Shown: positions 16,905 to 26,514 of the stretch, one piece after another
Layout of the letters: every line of letters starts with the position of its first letter
Position numbering within the stretch: position 1 is the stretch's first letter
Sequence record: AP019559
Direction: 5' to 3' (one strand)
From: Escherichia phage SP15
Length of the DNA stretch: 64,000 nucleotides
Notes under the pieces: model-generated
What the model was told of the DNA's origin: nothing
Database searches by the model: none
Seen by the model: the letters and a program-made list of their open reading frames with translations, nothing else
Position numbers and translations under genes: made by a program

Positions 16905-19235
16905 TTAAATAGTACAACCACCTGATGCACAACCGGCTGCTTCTTCTCCAGCACCACCACCATTTGCGGTGTTGAAGTTAGCATAATACCAAGTTTTCCA
17001 CCCGTATTTAACAGCAGTCATGAAATCACGAACTACTACTGGGCCAGGAATAATTTCATTCTCAAACTTGGTGTAGTCGTAGTACATATTCGTACTGATA
17101 GACTGACTGAAGAATTTCTGCATAGTTGCTACCCATTTGATCCACTCGATACGATCTACATCATAAGCCAGTTTATAGCTCATTAAAGTTTCCCAATCGG
17201 TTGCACCTGGAGCAATTGCAATTACTTTATTCACTGCACTACCCTTGATAGACACAATCTTACGAGGTGGTTCAATAGAGTTAGTAACCCCTAACAGAAC
17301 GGAAGAACTTTCTCCCGGCATCTGCGCAGTCAGAACAGAGTTACGCATACCATATTTCAGAATATCTGCACGTAGAGACTCCCAATCCATTTCTAGACCT
17401 ACGGATACCAGTTCATCAACAGTTTTCTTGTATGTGTCGATTACCAGAATTCCTTTAGATGGTTTAGTACGATCAAACCACTCACATGCACCCTGTTCTT
17501 TAGCTAGGCGTACAGAGGCTTTATGCAGGAAGTAAGACAGTTTTTCAGCCTCACGGTGAATCCAGTTACGGGCTTCAATACCTTCATAAGCCAGACCTTC
17601 TGCTGCCATTGCACCTGCTGCGTTCATCAGGCCAATACCAACATTACGACGTTTCTTAGCCGTATATTCCATAGTTGGGAACGGATAATCCTGAATTTCA
17701 ATAATTGTATCAACGAATTTCAGGAGGATGTAGCAAGTTTTTTCCCACTCAGCCAGAGATTCCATGCGTCCAAGTACAACACCACCTAAGTTACATAGAG
17801 ATACTTCACCAATATCCTCCGGCTTCATTTGATCAAGTTGTTCTTTTGTTTTATACAGTTCCGTGATATGGTGGAACGGGCGTGTAGGCTGAGTAATCTC
17901 AACACAAAGGTTTGTCATACGGATCGGATCAAGGAAATTACCGTGACGATTAGATTCCCCGATGTGATGCGCATACATACGTCCTGTTTCCATTCGGATA
18001 CGTAGCCAAGTATCTAGGATTTCTTTTGCAGAGACTTTAGGAGCTGCTGGAACTGTTTTTCCTTCGTGGTCGATCTTTGTAAGAGATGCCACACGTTTCT
18101 CCGCTGCCACGTAGATTTCTTCAAATTTAGCCTCGTCATCACTATAAAACGCTTCATGAACTTCTGGAGCATAGAAGTATGACATTAGCGTAATATCTTC
18201 GTTTTTAAGATAACGTTTTAACAAAAGATTGTTGAAGCTCAGAGAATAATCCATCTTATCGATTTTATTCTCATCTGTAGCACGTTGTTGCTTAACCTGC
18301 ATCAATTGAATGATTTCAGGGTCGAAGTATGGATAAGATACTGTAGCAGAACCACCACGAGTTTGCTGAGTATTGGCCTTTACTGAGCGGTCAATGTGTC
18401 GATAATATGGCAGTTTTCCGGAATGCGGGAATGCCCCATTTCGCACCGGATCAGCAATTGATCGGCTTTCAAGATGATACCCGATTCCCGCTCTGGCTGC
18501 GACCATTTTGAAGACGATGTGCTCGGCGGTGTCGATTGAATCCAACGTGTCAGTGGAATCCACGAGACAGCAACTAGCAAATCCACGGTCACTAGAGCGC
18601 AGACCAACCAGTGGCGGCGTAGGAACGTTGATTTTGTGGAGTGACATTGCGTTGTAGAGGTCGATTGCATCTAGAATTGTCCAGTTAGGTTGAGAAAGCA
18701 TCGCCATTGCCATACCCATGTAGGCAAACTGCGGGGTTTCATAAATTTCACCAGTGGCTATATTACGACGGGAATACTTATCAAAGAACTGCTTCAGCCC
18801 ACCACTAGTAAAAAGACGGTCACGATCATGGTCGATAACCTGATTCAGAGCCTCAAATTGCTCATCGGTAATCCATGCACTCATGTCTTCCCATGCACCT
18901 ACGCTAACCATGTGGTCATGGAAGAAGCGTAGAGAAGGCGGTTCGAAAGAGTCATAAAGGCGTTTACGCATTTGCGCAAGACGTAATTCCTTTGCTGGCA
19001 CATCGTATGCTGGGTTATCTTTGATAAGACTTTCAGCAGCTTTAATTAATGCGTCCATCAGAGTGTCGGAATCTACAACCCCTTTAGGTAGAGTTTTTTG
19101 AGCAGCCATAGTAATGGCGGACCAACTTACATCAACTGTTTTGCAACCATACTCTGCCCAACCATTGAGTTTTTCAGGAGCAAAGTCTTCTACAGTACCG
19201 TCACGTTTAATTACTTTTTCAATGCGATGGCTCAT
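16905..19235 (-). CDS. nrdA: ribonucleotide reductase class Ia alpha subunit
   Basis: ATP-cone then RNR catalytic domain; start set at ATG 19235 (MSHRIEK, AGGAAAG RBS); track N-terminal extension reads through the promoter. Confidence 0.85.
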   Translation of the reverse strand: MSHRIEKVIKRDGTVEDFAPEKLNGWAEYGCKTVDVSWSAITMAAQKTLPKGVVDSDTLMDALIKAAESLIKDNPAYDVPAKELRLAQMRKRLYDSFEPPSLRFFHDHMVSVGAWEDMSAWITDEQFEALNQVIDHDRDRLFTSGGLKQFFDKYSRRNIATGEIYETPQFAYMGMAMAMLSQPNWTILDAIDLYNAMSLHKINVPTPPLVGLRSSDRGFASCCLVDSTDTLDSIDTAEHIVFKMVAARAGIGYHLESRSIADPVRNGAFPHSGKLPYYRHIDRSVKANTQQTRGGSATVSYPYFDPEIIQLMQVKQQRATDENKIDKMDYSLSFNNLLLKRYLKNEDITLMSYFYAPEVHEAFYSDDEAKFEEIYVAAEKRVASLTKIDHEGKTVPAAPKVSAKEILDTWLRIRMETGRMYAHHIGESNRHGNFLDPIRMTNLCVEITQPTRPFHHITELYKTKEQLDQMKPEDIGEVSLCNLGGVVLGRMESLAEWEKTCYILLKFVDTIIEIQDYPFPTMEYTAKKRRNVGIGLMNAAGAMAAEGLAYEGIEARNWIHREAEKLSYFLHKASVRLAKEQGACEWFDRTKPSKGILVIDTYKKTVDELVSVGLEMDWESLRADILKYGMRNSVLTAQMPGESSSVLLGVTNSIEPPRKIVSIKGSAVNKVIAIAPGATDWETLMSYKLAYDVDRIEWIKWVATMQKFFSQSISTNMYYDYTKFENEIIPGPVVVRDFMTAVKYGWKTWYYANFNTANGGGAGEEAAGCASGGCTI

Positions 19236-19377
19236 TTGGCTTTCCTTTTTATAGTTATCAGGATTTAAGGAATATTTTACTTTATTATCGGTCATTAGGC
19301 AAATAAAATTTTCTGATAGAAAAGGCCCGAGTATTTTCATACCCAGGCCCTGTATATTACCAGTCTAGCTTTTTAGC

Positions 19378-19599
19378 TTATTCAATTACTTTAGCTCTAG
19401 CTACTTCTTTTAATAGAATATCTATGGAGGTGCTCAGCTCGTTATAATTGAATGGTTTATTTGGATTTGAGGTTACAATTTTCCACGCTAGGGTTGTCTT
19501 AGGACTTTCTTCCCCTTCCTTACGTGTAATCATATTAGCAGCACTCAGTGAAGTACGATGTATTTTAGTTTTACGGCTCAGATGAACGACGTTTCCCAT
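19378..19599 (-). CDS. hypothetical protein
   Basis: Start moved to ATG 19599 (GGGGAAGGTG RBS) immediately after phoH stop. Confidence 0.4.
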   Translation of the reverse strand: MGNVVHLSRKTKIHRTSLSAANMITRKEGEESPKTTLAWKIVTSNPNKPFNYNELSTSIDILLKEVARAKVIE

Positions 19600-19600
19600 A

Positions 19601-20362
19601 TTACACCTTCCCCATGTCTTTAAAGATGTCATAGAATGCTTTAGACTCAACAGAACGAACGTTATCCATCAATTCGATCATTGAGAATGGGGCATTTTCG
19701 TATTTCTCATAGACTTCCATAAGGAGTGCTAGACCTGAGTCACCTTTAATGTCTTTCTGAGCTATATCTCCGCAGATAATTAAACGGCAGTCTTGTCCTA
19801 CACGAGTTAGGAGACAAATCATTGCCTCAACGGAAATATTCTGAGCTTCATCGACAATTACATAGGAGTTGTTGAAAGTTCTGCCACGAGCATGTTCGAT
19901 AGCCAAAAATTTAATTTTCTGACGTTCGACATATCCCTTATAGGCATGTTCGCCGATGGCCCATTTCATACCATCAGCTATTGGCTCCAACCAAGGCTCT
20001 AGCTTTTCTGCTAGATCACCAGGAAGCATACCAAGAGACTTACCTAGAGGTTCATTAGGACGTACGAGGATCACTTGCTCAATATCTGAGTGAATGTCTA
20101 CGAGTTCCTGAGCTGCAAGAACGGACGGAATAAAGGTTTTACCAGTACCTGGCTCACCGATACCCACAGTCACTGTGTTGTTCTTGATCATATTGATATA
20201 TGATTTTTGCTCGCGGTTTTTACCTACTAGGGATTTAGCAACTGGGTTAGCGTAATCATTAGAAAAATCAGCCTGAATTACGTTATTCTCATACTTGTTG
20301 CCACGCTTTCTTGAACCATTGCGGTTCTCTCTTTTTTGACGTGCTTTTCCCATAAATAACAC
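19601..20362 (-). CDS. phoH: PhoH-like ATPase
   Basis: Walker A GEPGTGKTF and PhoH family blocks. Confidence 0.85.
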   Translation of the reverse strand: MLFMGKARQKRENRNGSRKRGNKYENNVIQADFSNDYANPVAKSLVGKNREQKSYINMIKNNTVTVGIGEPGTGKTFIPSVLAAQELVDIHSDIEQVILVRPNEPLGKSLGMLPGDLAEKLEPWLEPIADGMKWAIGEHAYKGYVERQKIKFLAIEHARGRTFNNSYVIVDEAQNISVEAMICLLTRVGQDCRLIICGDIAQKDIKGDSGLALLMEVYEKYENAPFSMIELMDNVRSVESKAFYDIFKDMGKV

Positions 20363-20426
20363 TCCTATAGTGTACTTCGCTAACAGAGGATCAACAAAAA
20401 GATCTTGTTTATCAACTTACAAATAT

Positions 20427-20455
20427 ATTATACCAATATATACAGTAAAAAGCAA
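20427..20455 (-). promoter_or_regulatory. early promoter for phoH/nrd transcription unit
   Basis: On minus strand TTGCTT-17 nt-TATAAT. Confidence 0.55.
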
Positions 20456-20647
20456 CTACAATTTTAAATAAGCCTATGATATTGCATTTAAATAAAAAAT
20501 TTGCTTGCTTTTAACGTGAGATGTGTGATACTAGATAATCATTTTATATCGCGTGCACGAGTGCGTGATTATACAATTTTTAATAGAGATTGGCAAATAA
20601 AATTTTTTGACTCAGATCATGTTACAGAACTTTATAGTAAAATATTG

Positions 20648-20676
20648 TTGACATCCGCCCTCGAATGAGTTATAAT
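20648..20676 (+). promoter_or_regulatory. consensus sigma70 promoter for nrdD
   Basis: TTGACA-17 nt-TATAAT, then GAGAAGGAGA RBS. Confidence 0.65.
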
Positions 20677-20705
20677 AGTAGTCTTAGTTAGAGAAGGAGA
20701 GTATA

Positions 20706-22580
20706 ATGAATCGCAATGAAGAACTGAAGTATAAAGAAATGCAGGCGTTAATTAGAAACTGCAAAGAGATTATCGAAGGGTCAGCAGATGAAGAGCTGCT
20801 GTTTAATAATGCCAATAAACCCTCAGAACGTTTCCCTACACAAAGGGATATGCTTGCAGGTGAGTTGAGTAAGTATCTAATTCTAGAAGAAATGCCAATT
20901 CAGATTCGAAATGCTCATATGATTGGGGATATTCATTTCCATGATGCTGATTATGCTGCATTAGGCATGACTAACTGTTGCCTGGTAGCTCTGGAAGATA
21001 TGTTGAAGAATGGTATGAAGGTTGGTAATGCTGAAATTAGCACTCCAAACTCTATCACTACTGCGGCGGCTATCACTGCTCAGATTATCACTCAAGTTAG
21101 CTCCCATCAGTATGGCGGTACTTCTGTAGATCGCCTTGATGAAGTATTAGCCCCTTATGTTCGTAAATCCTATGACAAAAATCATGCGTTTGCAAAACGT
21201 TGGACTAAGGATGAAGCCAAAGCATCCGTAATGGCTACGGAGATGACTGAAAAAGAAGTCTATGATGCTTGTCAGGGTCTAGAGTATGAAATCAATACGA
21301 TGTTCAACTCTAATGGTCAGAGTCCGTTTATTACCTTTGGCTTTGGTCTGGGAACTTCTTGGGAGGCACGTCTAGTACAGAAAGCAATACTGAAAGTACG
21401 TATGGATGGTTTAGGTATCAATAAACGTACAGCTATCTTCCCGAAACTGGTATTTGTGCTTCGTGATGGCGTAAATATGAAACCAGGAGATGTTAATTAT
21501 GACATCAAGAAGTTAGCTATGAAATGTACTGCTGAACGTATGTATCCAGATTATATCAGCTATGACAAAGTTGTAGAAGTTACTGGAGACTACAAAGTTT
21601 CTATGGGCTGCCGTTCATTCCTAGCTGCTACAGAAGATGGTGAAACTGCCGGTCGTAATAACTTAGGTGTTGTTTCTGTAAACTTGCCTAGAATTGCTAT
21701 CGAAGCTGAAGGAAATATTGACCTATTCTTTGATTTGCTTGAGCTACGTGTGGATACAGCGTTAAAAGCATTGGAGTGGAGAGTTGATCGCTTAAAATAC
21801 ATTCAAGCTAAAGCTGCGCCCATCCTCTATATGTCAGGAGCCTTTGGACTGCGCTTGGAGCCTGATGAATATGTATTCGATCATTTCTATAACCGTGCTT
21901 CTGTATCTCTAGGGTATATTGGTTGCCATGAAATGCTACAGTTCATGTTTGGCAAAGATGTAGACACAATGTCCGAGACCTGCATCAAGTTTGTTCAGCG
22001 TGTATTGCAGTACATGCGGGATAGAGTAGATCAGAAGAAGGAAGAAACTAAGTTAGGTTATAGCCTGTATGCTACACCATCAGAGTCCCTGTGTGACCGT
22101 TTTTGTCGTCTAGACCGTGAATATTTCCCGGAGCATGAAGATATTCTGTCCAAAGGATACTACACTAACTCTCACCACCTTGATGTGGAACGTAAAGTTG
22201 CTCCTAACGTCAAATTTGATTATGAGTCTAACTTTACTCCTATTGCTTCTGGTGGGTGCATCTCCTATGTAGAATTACCGGATATGAAACGATTCCCAGA
22301 TGCACTGGAATGGGTTATTAATTATGCTGCTAGTAAGGTTCATTACTTCGGTATTAATACTCCAGTGGATTCTTGTGGTAAATGTGGATTCTTAGGTGAA
22401 ACAATAGCATCCGAAGATGGATTTAAGTGCCCTATCTGTGGTAATCATGACCCCGAAACTCTTGAAGTAACTCGCCGAGTTTGTGGGTATCTTGGAAATC
22501 CAGGTGCTCGTCCATTTAACCCCGGCAAACAGCACGAGGTGATGGGTAGAGTTAAGCATCAGGATATTCGAGCTAAGTAA
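20706..22580 (+). CDS. nrdD: anaerobic ribonucleoside-triphosphate reductase
   Basis: 624 aa; C-terminal Zn-ribbon CGKCGF...CPICG and glycyl-radical motif RVCGYLG. Confidence 0.85.
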   Translation: MNRNEELKYKEMQALIRNCKEIIEGSADEELLFNNANKPSERFPTQRDMLAGELSKYLILEEMPIQIRNAHMIGDIHFHDADYAALGMTNCCLVALEDMLKNGMKVGNAEISTPNSITTAAAITAQIITQVSSHQYGGTSVDRLDEVLAPYVRKSYDKNHAFAKRWTKDEAKASVMATEMTEKEVYDACQGLEYEINTMFNSNGQSPFITFGFGLGTSWEARLVQKAILKVRMDGLGINKRTAIFPKLVFVLRDGVNMKPGDVNYDIKKLAMKCTAERMYPDYISYDKVVEVTGDYKVSMGCRSFLAATEDGETAGRNNLGVVSVNLPRIAIEAEGNIDLFFDLLELRVDTALKALEWRVDRLKYIQAKAAPILYMSGAFGLRLEPDEYVFDHFYNRASVSLGYIGCHEMLQFMFGKDVDTMSETCIKFVQRVLQYMRDRVDQKKEETKLGYSLYATPSESLCDRFCRLDREYFPEHEDILSKGYYTNSHHLDVERKVAPNVKFDYESNFTPIASGGCISYVELPDMKRFPDALEWVINYAASKVHYFGINTPVDSCGKCGFLGETIASEDGFKCPICGNHDPETLEVTRRVCGYLGNPGARPFNPGKQHEVMGRVKHQDIRAK

Positions 22581-22587
22581 GATAATC

Positions 22588-22620
22588 AGCCGGGTTGCTA
22601 GTCGACCTGGCTTTTATTTT
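22588..22620 (+). terminator. rho-independent terminator after nrdD
   Basis: 7-bp stem AGCCGGG/CCTGGCT then TTTATTTT. Confidence 0.6.
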
Positions 22621-22622
22621 AT

Positions 22623-22651
22623 TTGCTTTCAGCCAAAAATTTATATATAAT
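22623..22651 (+). promoter_or_regulatory. T5-type early promoter
   Basis: TTGCTT-17 nt-TATAAT followed by conserved leader ATAAATTTGAGAGGAG. Confidence 0.6.
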
Positions 22652-22679
22652 AGATTTATAAATTTGAGAGGAGAAAGAT

Positions 22680-23060
22680 ATGGAATTAAAGCCCTATATA
22701 GTTGAGTCTACGTGTGGTAGTTTCCATCTGGGCGTGGATGATATTGCTGAAGCTGTCTTTGCTGCCACAGGTGATTACTCGCATATAGAGGGTGTTGCAT
22801 ACCCTACCATTATTGGCGATTGGGTGGGAACAAATCTAGATGTATCGCCTTATAACCCATATTGCTTGTTTGATGAAGACAGAGATGAAGTAAAATGTAA
22901 TCTTGAATTTGTGTATAATAGAGTGTTAAAAGTATACCAACGTAGCCCCAATGGATACGAAGATATTACTTGGAGTATTAAACAGTATCTTAAAGATGTA
23001 TACTCTAGTTTTTCTGACGAAGACCTAGAAACAGTTGCAGTGGAGTTTAATAATGACTAA
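22680..23060 (+). CDS. hypothetical protein
   Basis: 126-aa ORF with GAGAGGAG RBS. Confidence 0.55.
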   Translation: MELKPYIVESTCGSFHLGVDDIAEAVFAATGDYSHIEGVAYPTIIGDWVGTNLDVSPYNPYCLFDEDRDEVKCNLEFVYNRVLKVYQRSPNGYEDITWSIKQYLKDVYSSFSDEDLETVAVEFNND

Positions 23061-23259
23061 GAATGTAAAACATCTTAAATATCGCTTAATTTATAACGGA
23101 CGTATGGAAACAGAAGATCTGGCCCAGTTAGCTATTAATTCTAATGAGGTTACAGTGCGTGCGCTGGCAATTGAAAAGTTGCGTGCCTCTTATGAAAATC
23201 GTGTTATGGAACTAGAGGAGAAACTTTATGGCATTCTCGAAGCCGATGCTACCAGATAA
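23053..23259 (+). CDS. hypothetical protein
   Basis: ATG 23053 after GGAG; overlaps previous gene. Confidence 0.4.
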   Translation: MTKNVKHLKYRLIYNGRMETEDLAQLAINSNEVTVRALAIEKLRASYENRVMELEEKLYGILEADATR

Positions 23260-23449
23260 GGGTTTAAACGCCGCTTTGGAAAACGCATTAATGCAGCACT
23301 GGGAAACTGGCTATAAGGATGGTGTTGAATCCTGCGCTACTATGCTAGAAGTTATTGCTAATACCTTAATGGAGAAAGGCAATAAAGAATTAGCTGAGCT
23401 ATTAGACAGTATTGGGCAAAACTTCAGAGAACAGGTGAAAAATGCGTAG
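23228..23449 (+). CDS. hypothetical protein
   Basis: 73-aa ORF, GAGGAG RBS. Confidence 0.45.
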   Translation: MAFSKPMLPDKGLNAALENALMQHWETGYKDGVESCATMLEVIANTLMEKGNKELAELLDSIGQNFREQVKNA

Positions 23450-24260
23450 ATTAATTATTATTAGCGGTGCAGGTTTGAGTGTTGAAAGTGGTGTACGAGC
23501 TTTTCGTACTGATACTGCTAGTGGTAAAGCATTGTGGGATGATTATGATCTAGAAGAAGTATGTAATATTCATGCCTTTCGTGGTAATTTTTATCATAAA
23601 ACCCATATGTTTTACAACAAGCGTCGTGAAGAGCTAAAAACTGTTGAACCTAATCTTGCTCATTTGCGTATTGGTGAGTGGTATAAACAATATCCAGGTC
23701 AAGTAGTAAACTTGACTACCAACGTTGATGACCTTATTGAGCGTGCTGGCGTTCCACATAGTGACATTCTGCACATTCATGGGTACTTAAAAGAGGTTGT
23801 TGTGGCTGATAGTCACAATAGTAGTAATAAACGAGTTATTGATGTAGGATACAATTCTATTGATCCAGATGACTATAAATGGGTTAAACCTAATGTAATC
23901 TTCTTTGGGGAGCATGCTCCAGCATATGCAGAAATGTACAATATTTTTGATGGTATTACCAATCAAGATATGATCATTGTGGTTGGTTGCTCTAACCAAG
24001 TAATTAACTTCTACTGGGAATTATTTCCTATTCTTAACCGTACTGCTGCCAAGCTAATGGTAGTTAACTACTATGATAGTGCCCTAGCGGCAGAACCAGG
24101 CTATCAAGGTATGACTCGTAGTGAGATGTACCAGCTGGAAGAACGCGGTATCCCTTACTGGAGTAAAGGGGCTGTAGATGCCTTCAGTGATCCTGATTTT
24201 ATTGCTCGTGTAGAAGCTCATCTAGAGGGTAGACCTTATGTGTCAGGAAGTAAGAAATAA
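23442..24260 (+). CDS. Sir2-family NAD-binding protein lacking the zinc-ribbon module
   Basis: Motifs GAGLSVESGVRAFR, TTNVDDL, HIHGYL, VVGCSNQV; no CxxC...CxxC pair. Confidence 0.65.
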   Translation: MRRLIIISGAGLSVESGVRAFRTDTASGKALWDDYDLEEVCNIHAFRGNFYHKTHMFYNKRREELKTVEPNLAHLRIGEWYKQYPGQVVNLTTNVDDLIERAGVPHSDILHIHGYLKEVVVADSHNSSNKRVIDVGYNSIDPDDYKWVKPNVIFFGEHAPAYAEMYNIFDGITNQDMIIVVGCSNQVINFYWELFPILNRTAAKLMVVNYYDSALAAEPGYQGMTRSEMYQLEERGIPYWSKGAVDAFSDPDFIARVEAHLEGRPYVSGSKK

Positions 24261-24423
24261 TGAATGGGATATTTTCATAACTGAGTCTGGTACTTGGTGC
24301 TATAGATTTGCCTATAGGTTTCCTAGTGTAAGAAAACGGCTGGGGTACACATATAAAATTATCTACACTACAGATAATATATGGTTGTCCTCTGGAGATG
24401 AGGGGAAACAGATATGTCCATAG
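24238..24423 (+). CDS. small hypothetical protein (WCYR motif), paralog 1
   Basis: 61 aa; shares DIF..x..G.WCYR motif with the next ORF. Confidence 0.4.
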   Translation: MCQEVRNNEWDIFITESGTWCYRFAYRFPSVRKRLGYTYKIIYTTDNIWLSSGDEGKQICP

Positions 24424-24596
24424 TTAAATCTGTGTATACACATCCCGATGATATATTTGTATGGGCGGATGGTAGTTGGTGCTATCGATGTGAGCTATGG
24501 GAAATGGACTATAAATCTGATGACTATGGTGTCATATATGTTGATACGGTTGAGTATGATACGTTCTTAGAAAGGGACAAAAATGGAAATAAGTAA
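24414..24596 (+). CDS. small hypothetical protein (WCYR motif), paralog 2
   Basis: 60 aa, GAGGGGAAAC RBS. Confidence 0.45.
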   Translation: MSIVKSVYTHPDDIFVWADGSWCYRCELWEMDYKSDDYGVIYVDTVEYDTFLERDKNGNK

Positions 24597-25089
24597 TACT
24601 CCAATTATTTTTCTAGACATTGATGGGGTGCTTAATTCGAGCATCTCCCACCATCATGCACCTGATGATGAAAAGATTTTCTTTGGAAGTGACTGGGTTT
24701 TTAAGCCACTTCTCAAGGCTTTTCAGGACTTTATTCGTCCTTCTCCAATAATGATTGTTGGGGTATCTTCATGGTTCTCTGTCAGGAATGAGATGGAGAA
24801 CGTTCAGATTATGACCGGATTAGATCTTATCGATCGTTTTCTTGGTACAACGGATTTTACTGGTGGTGGGCTATCTAGGGGTAATTCTGTTCTTCGCTTC
24901 GTTGAAAAGCATAAGCTCAAACATTGGTGTGTGCTGGATGACGCTGGTGCTATGATGTATCAGTATCCAACTGTTATAGTCAATGGTAGAATTGGAATAA
25001 ATCTTCAAGATTTAAGAGCTGTTAGCTATATGTTAGAATTTAGTCCAGATCTTGAAATGTGTAAAGCCCTACAACAATTTAAGGTGTAA
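24583..25089 (+). CDS. HAD-superfamily phosphatase (possible deoxynucleotide 5'-monophosphatase)
   Basis: N-terminal IIFLDIDGVLN (HAD motif I) and downstream Asp-rich motif. Confidence 0.55.
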   Translation: MEISNTPIIFLDIDGVLNSSISHHHAPDDEKIFFGSDWVFKPLLKAFQDFIRPSPIMIVGVSSWFSVRNEMENVQIMTGLDLIDRFLGTTDFTGGGLSRGNSVLRFVEKHKLKHWCVLDDAGAMMYQYPTVIVNGRIGINLQDLRAVSYMLEFSPDLEMCKALQQFKV

Positions 25090-25091
25090 AT

Positions 25092-25520
25092 ATGTTCAAT
25101 AATGTGTTCTCTAAAGAAGCTAACCCAATATTAGTTAATTTTTGGCGTACTCTTCCAGCCAACCTGTACAATGAGGCTATTAATGCTCTGAAAATATGGT
25201 GTGAGAATAATGAAATCTCCTTTGCTTTTAAAGGCGAGGTTGAAGAGGCTCCCTGTATTGGTTTAATTGTGCAGGTGGAGGATGGTCTTGAAGAGATTGT
25301 CGGCTGGAAAGAGTTGGATGAAATGGGCTTGGTTTTTGCGTTAAACTATAAGCTGTTTATGCCCAATAAACACCGTATTGTTGTTAACTATAAAACCAAT
25401 GAATCTCCTGGTTTTCAAGTTAATGAACGGTATGGTTGGTCTTACTCACCGGAAGAGGTAAATGATGGTATCCAGAAACTTCGTCGTTTTGGTTATCAAA
25501 TTCCGGGTTTAACTGCCTAA
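25092..25520 (+). CDS. hypothetical protein, paralog A
   Basis: 142 aa; shares PCIG...W.EL...GL..ALN..LF.P...IPGL pattern with 25530..25922. Confidence 0.5.
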   Translation: MFNNVFSKEANPILVNFWRTLPANLYNEAINALKIWCENNEISFAFKGEVEEAPCIGLIVQVEDGLEEIVGWKELDEMGLVFALNYKLFMPNKHRIVVNYKTNESPGFQVNERYGWSYSPEEVNDGIQKLRRFGYQIPGLTA

Positions 25521-25529
25521 GGAGGCACA

Positions 25530-25922
25530 ATGGAACAAGTATATTGGCGTCAGATCGACCCTAGTTTGGTGAAGCGTGCAGAGAAGCTGCTACAACGTTG
25601 GTTGGGGGTAAGACAAGCCTCCTTCACTTTTCCGGAGCAGCAAATAGACGATCCCTGTATTGGTGTTTTCCTATCAGGCTACGCTAGGGAATGGGAATTG
25701 GATTGGAATGAATTGTCTGCTATGGGTTTAATTGTTGCACTAAATTTCTCTTTGTTCCATCCACGTGGTTTGGCCATATGTCGTGTGCCTGAGGACGGTT
25801 GTTCGCCCCATCTTTTACAGGTGGAAGATGATATTTGGGAGTACACTCCAGATATTCTCAAAGAAGCCAAAGAACAATTAAACCGTGTTGGAATTTATAT
25901 TCCAGGCCTGAATGATGAATGA
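25530..25922 (+). CDS. hypothetical protein, paralog B
   Basis: 130 aa, AGGAGG RBS. Confidence 0.5.
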   Translation: MEQVYWRQIDPSLVKRAEKLLQRWLGVRQASFTFPEQQIDDPCIGVFLSGYAREWELDWNELSAMGLIVALNFSLFHPRGLAICRVPEDGCSPHLLQVEDDIWEYTPDILKEAKEQLNRVGIYIPGLNDE

Positions 25923-26061
25923 TTTTTATTGGTTGACCTCTATAATCCGGGCTATTAGTGCTCGGATTATTGCCTAATCTTTCCAGCTAATTGACAGCAT
26001 GAATAAATTGTCATTGACAAATTGAATAGATTATGTAATAATATGTGTATTGGAGGTAAAG

Positions 26062-26514
26062 ATGTCGCTCACACAACAAGAACTTTTAGATAATTTCCGA
26101 TATGAAGATGGAAAATTATTTAGAACCACAGGAAGAAATGCAGGCAAGGAATGTTGTGTTTCAACGGGAAATGGGTATTATCGTATTTCTCTAGGTAGTA
26201 AAACTATGCTCCGACACAGAGCCATCTTCTTAATGCATCATGGTTATCTCCCTGATTTAGTAGATCATGAGAATACTATAAAAGGTGATGATCGTATTGA
26301 AAATCTTAGAGAGCAGACAGTATCCGGTAATCTAAGAAATATCAAATATAAGAAAGGAATGCATGTTTACCCTTCTGGTAGTAAGAACTGGCAAGTAGTA
26401 TTTACTATTAACCGTAAACGTATAGTTAAAGGAACATATGACAACTATGAGGTTGCATGTTCTATGGCCAAGATGTTTAGAGGTCAATTATACGGTAGGG
26501 AATCAATCCAGTAA
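26062..26514 (+). CDS. HNH homing endonuclease (HNH_3 plus AP2-like domain)
   Basis: HRAIFLMHHGYLPDLVDHENTIKGDDRIENLRE; GGAGG RBS before ATG 26062. Confidence 0.65.
   Translation: MSLTQQELLDNFRYEDGKLFRTTGRNAGKECCVSTGNGYYRISLGSKTMLRHRAIFLMHHGYLPDLVDHENTIKGDDRIENLREQTVSGNLRNIKYKKGMHVYPSGSKNWQVVFTINRKRIVKGTYDNYEVACSMAKMFRGQLYGRESIQ

Noticed and set aside
14284-19235. Self-splicing introns or inteins in thyA, nrdA and nrdB, as found in T4-type phages
   Set aside because: All three ORFs are continuous with expected lengths (279, 776 and 381 aa) and conserved motifs are uninterrupted.
19236-19340. N-terminal extension of NrdA in the ORF track (start at 19340)
   Set aside because: The extension reads through the promoter; the ATG at 19235 has a proper SD and begins the ATP-cone domain.
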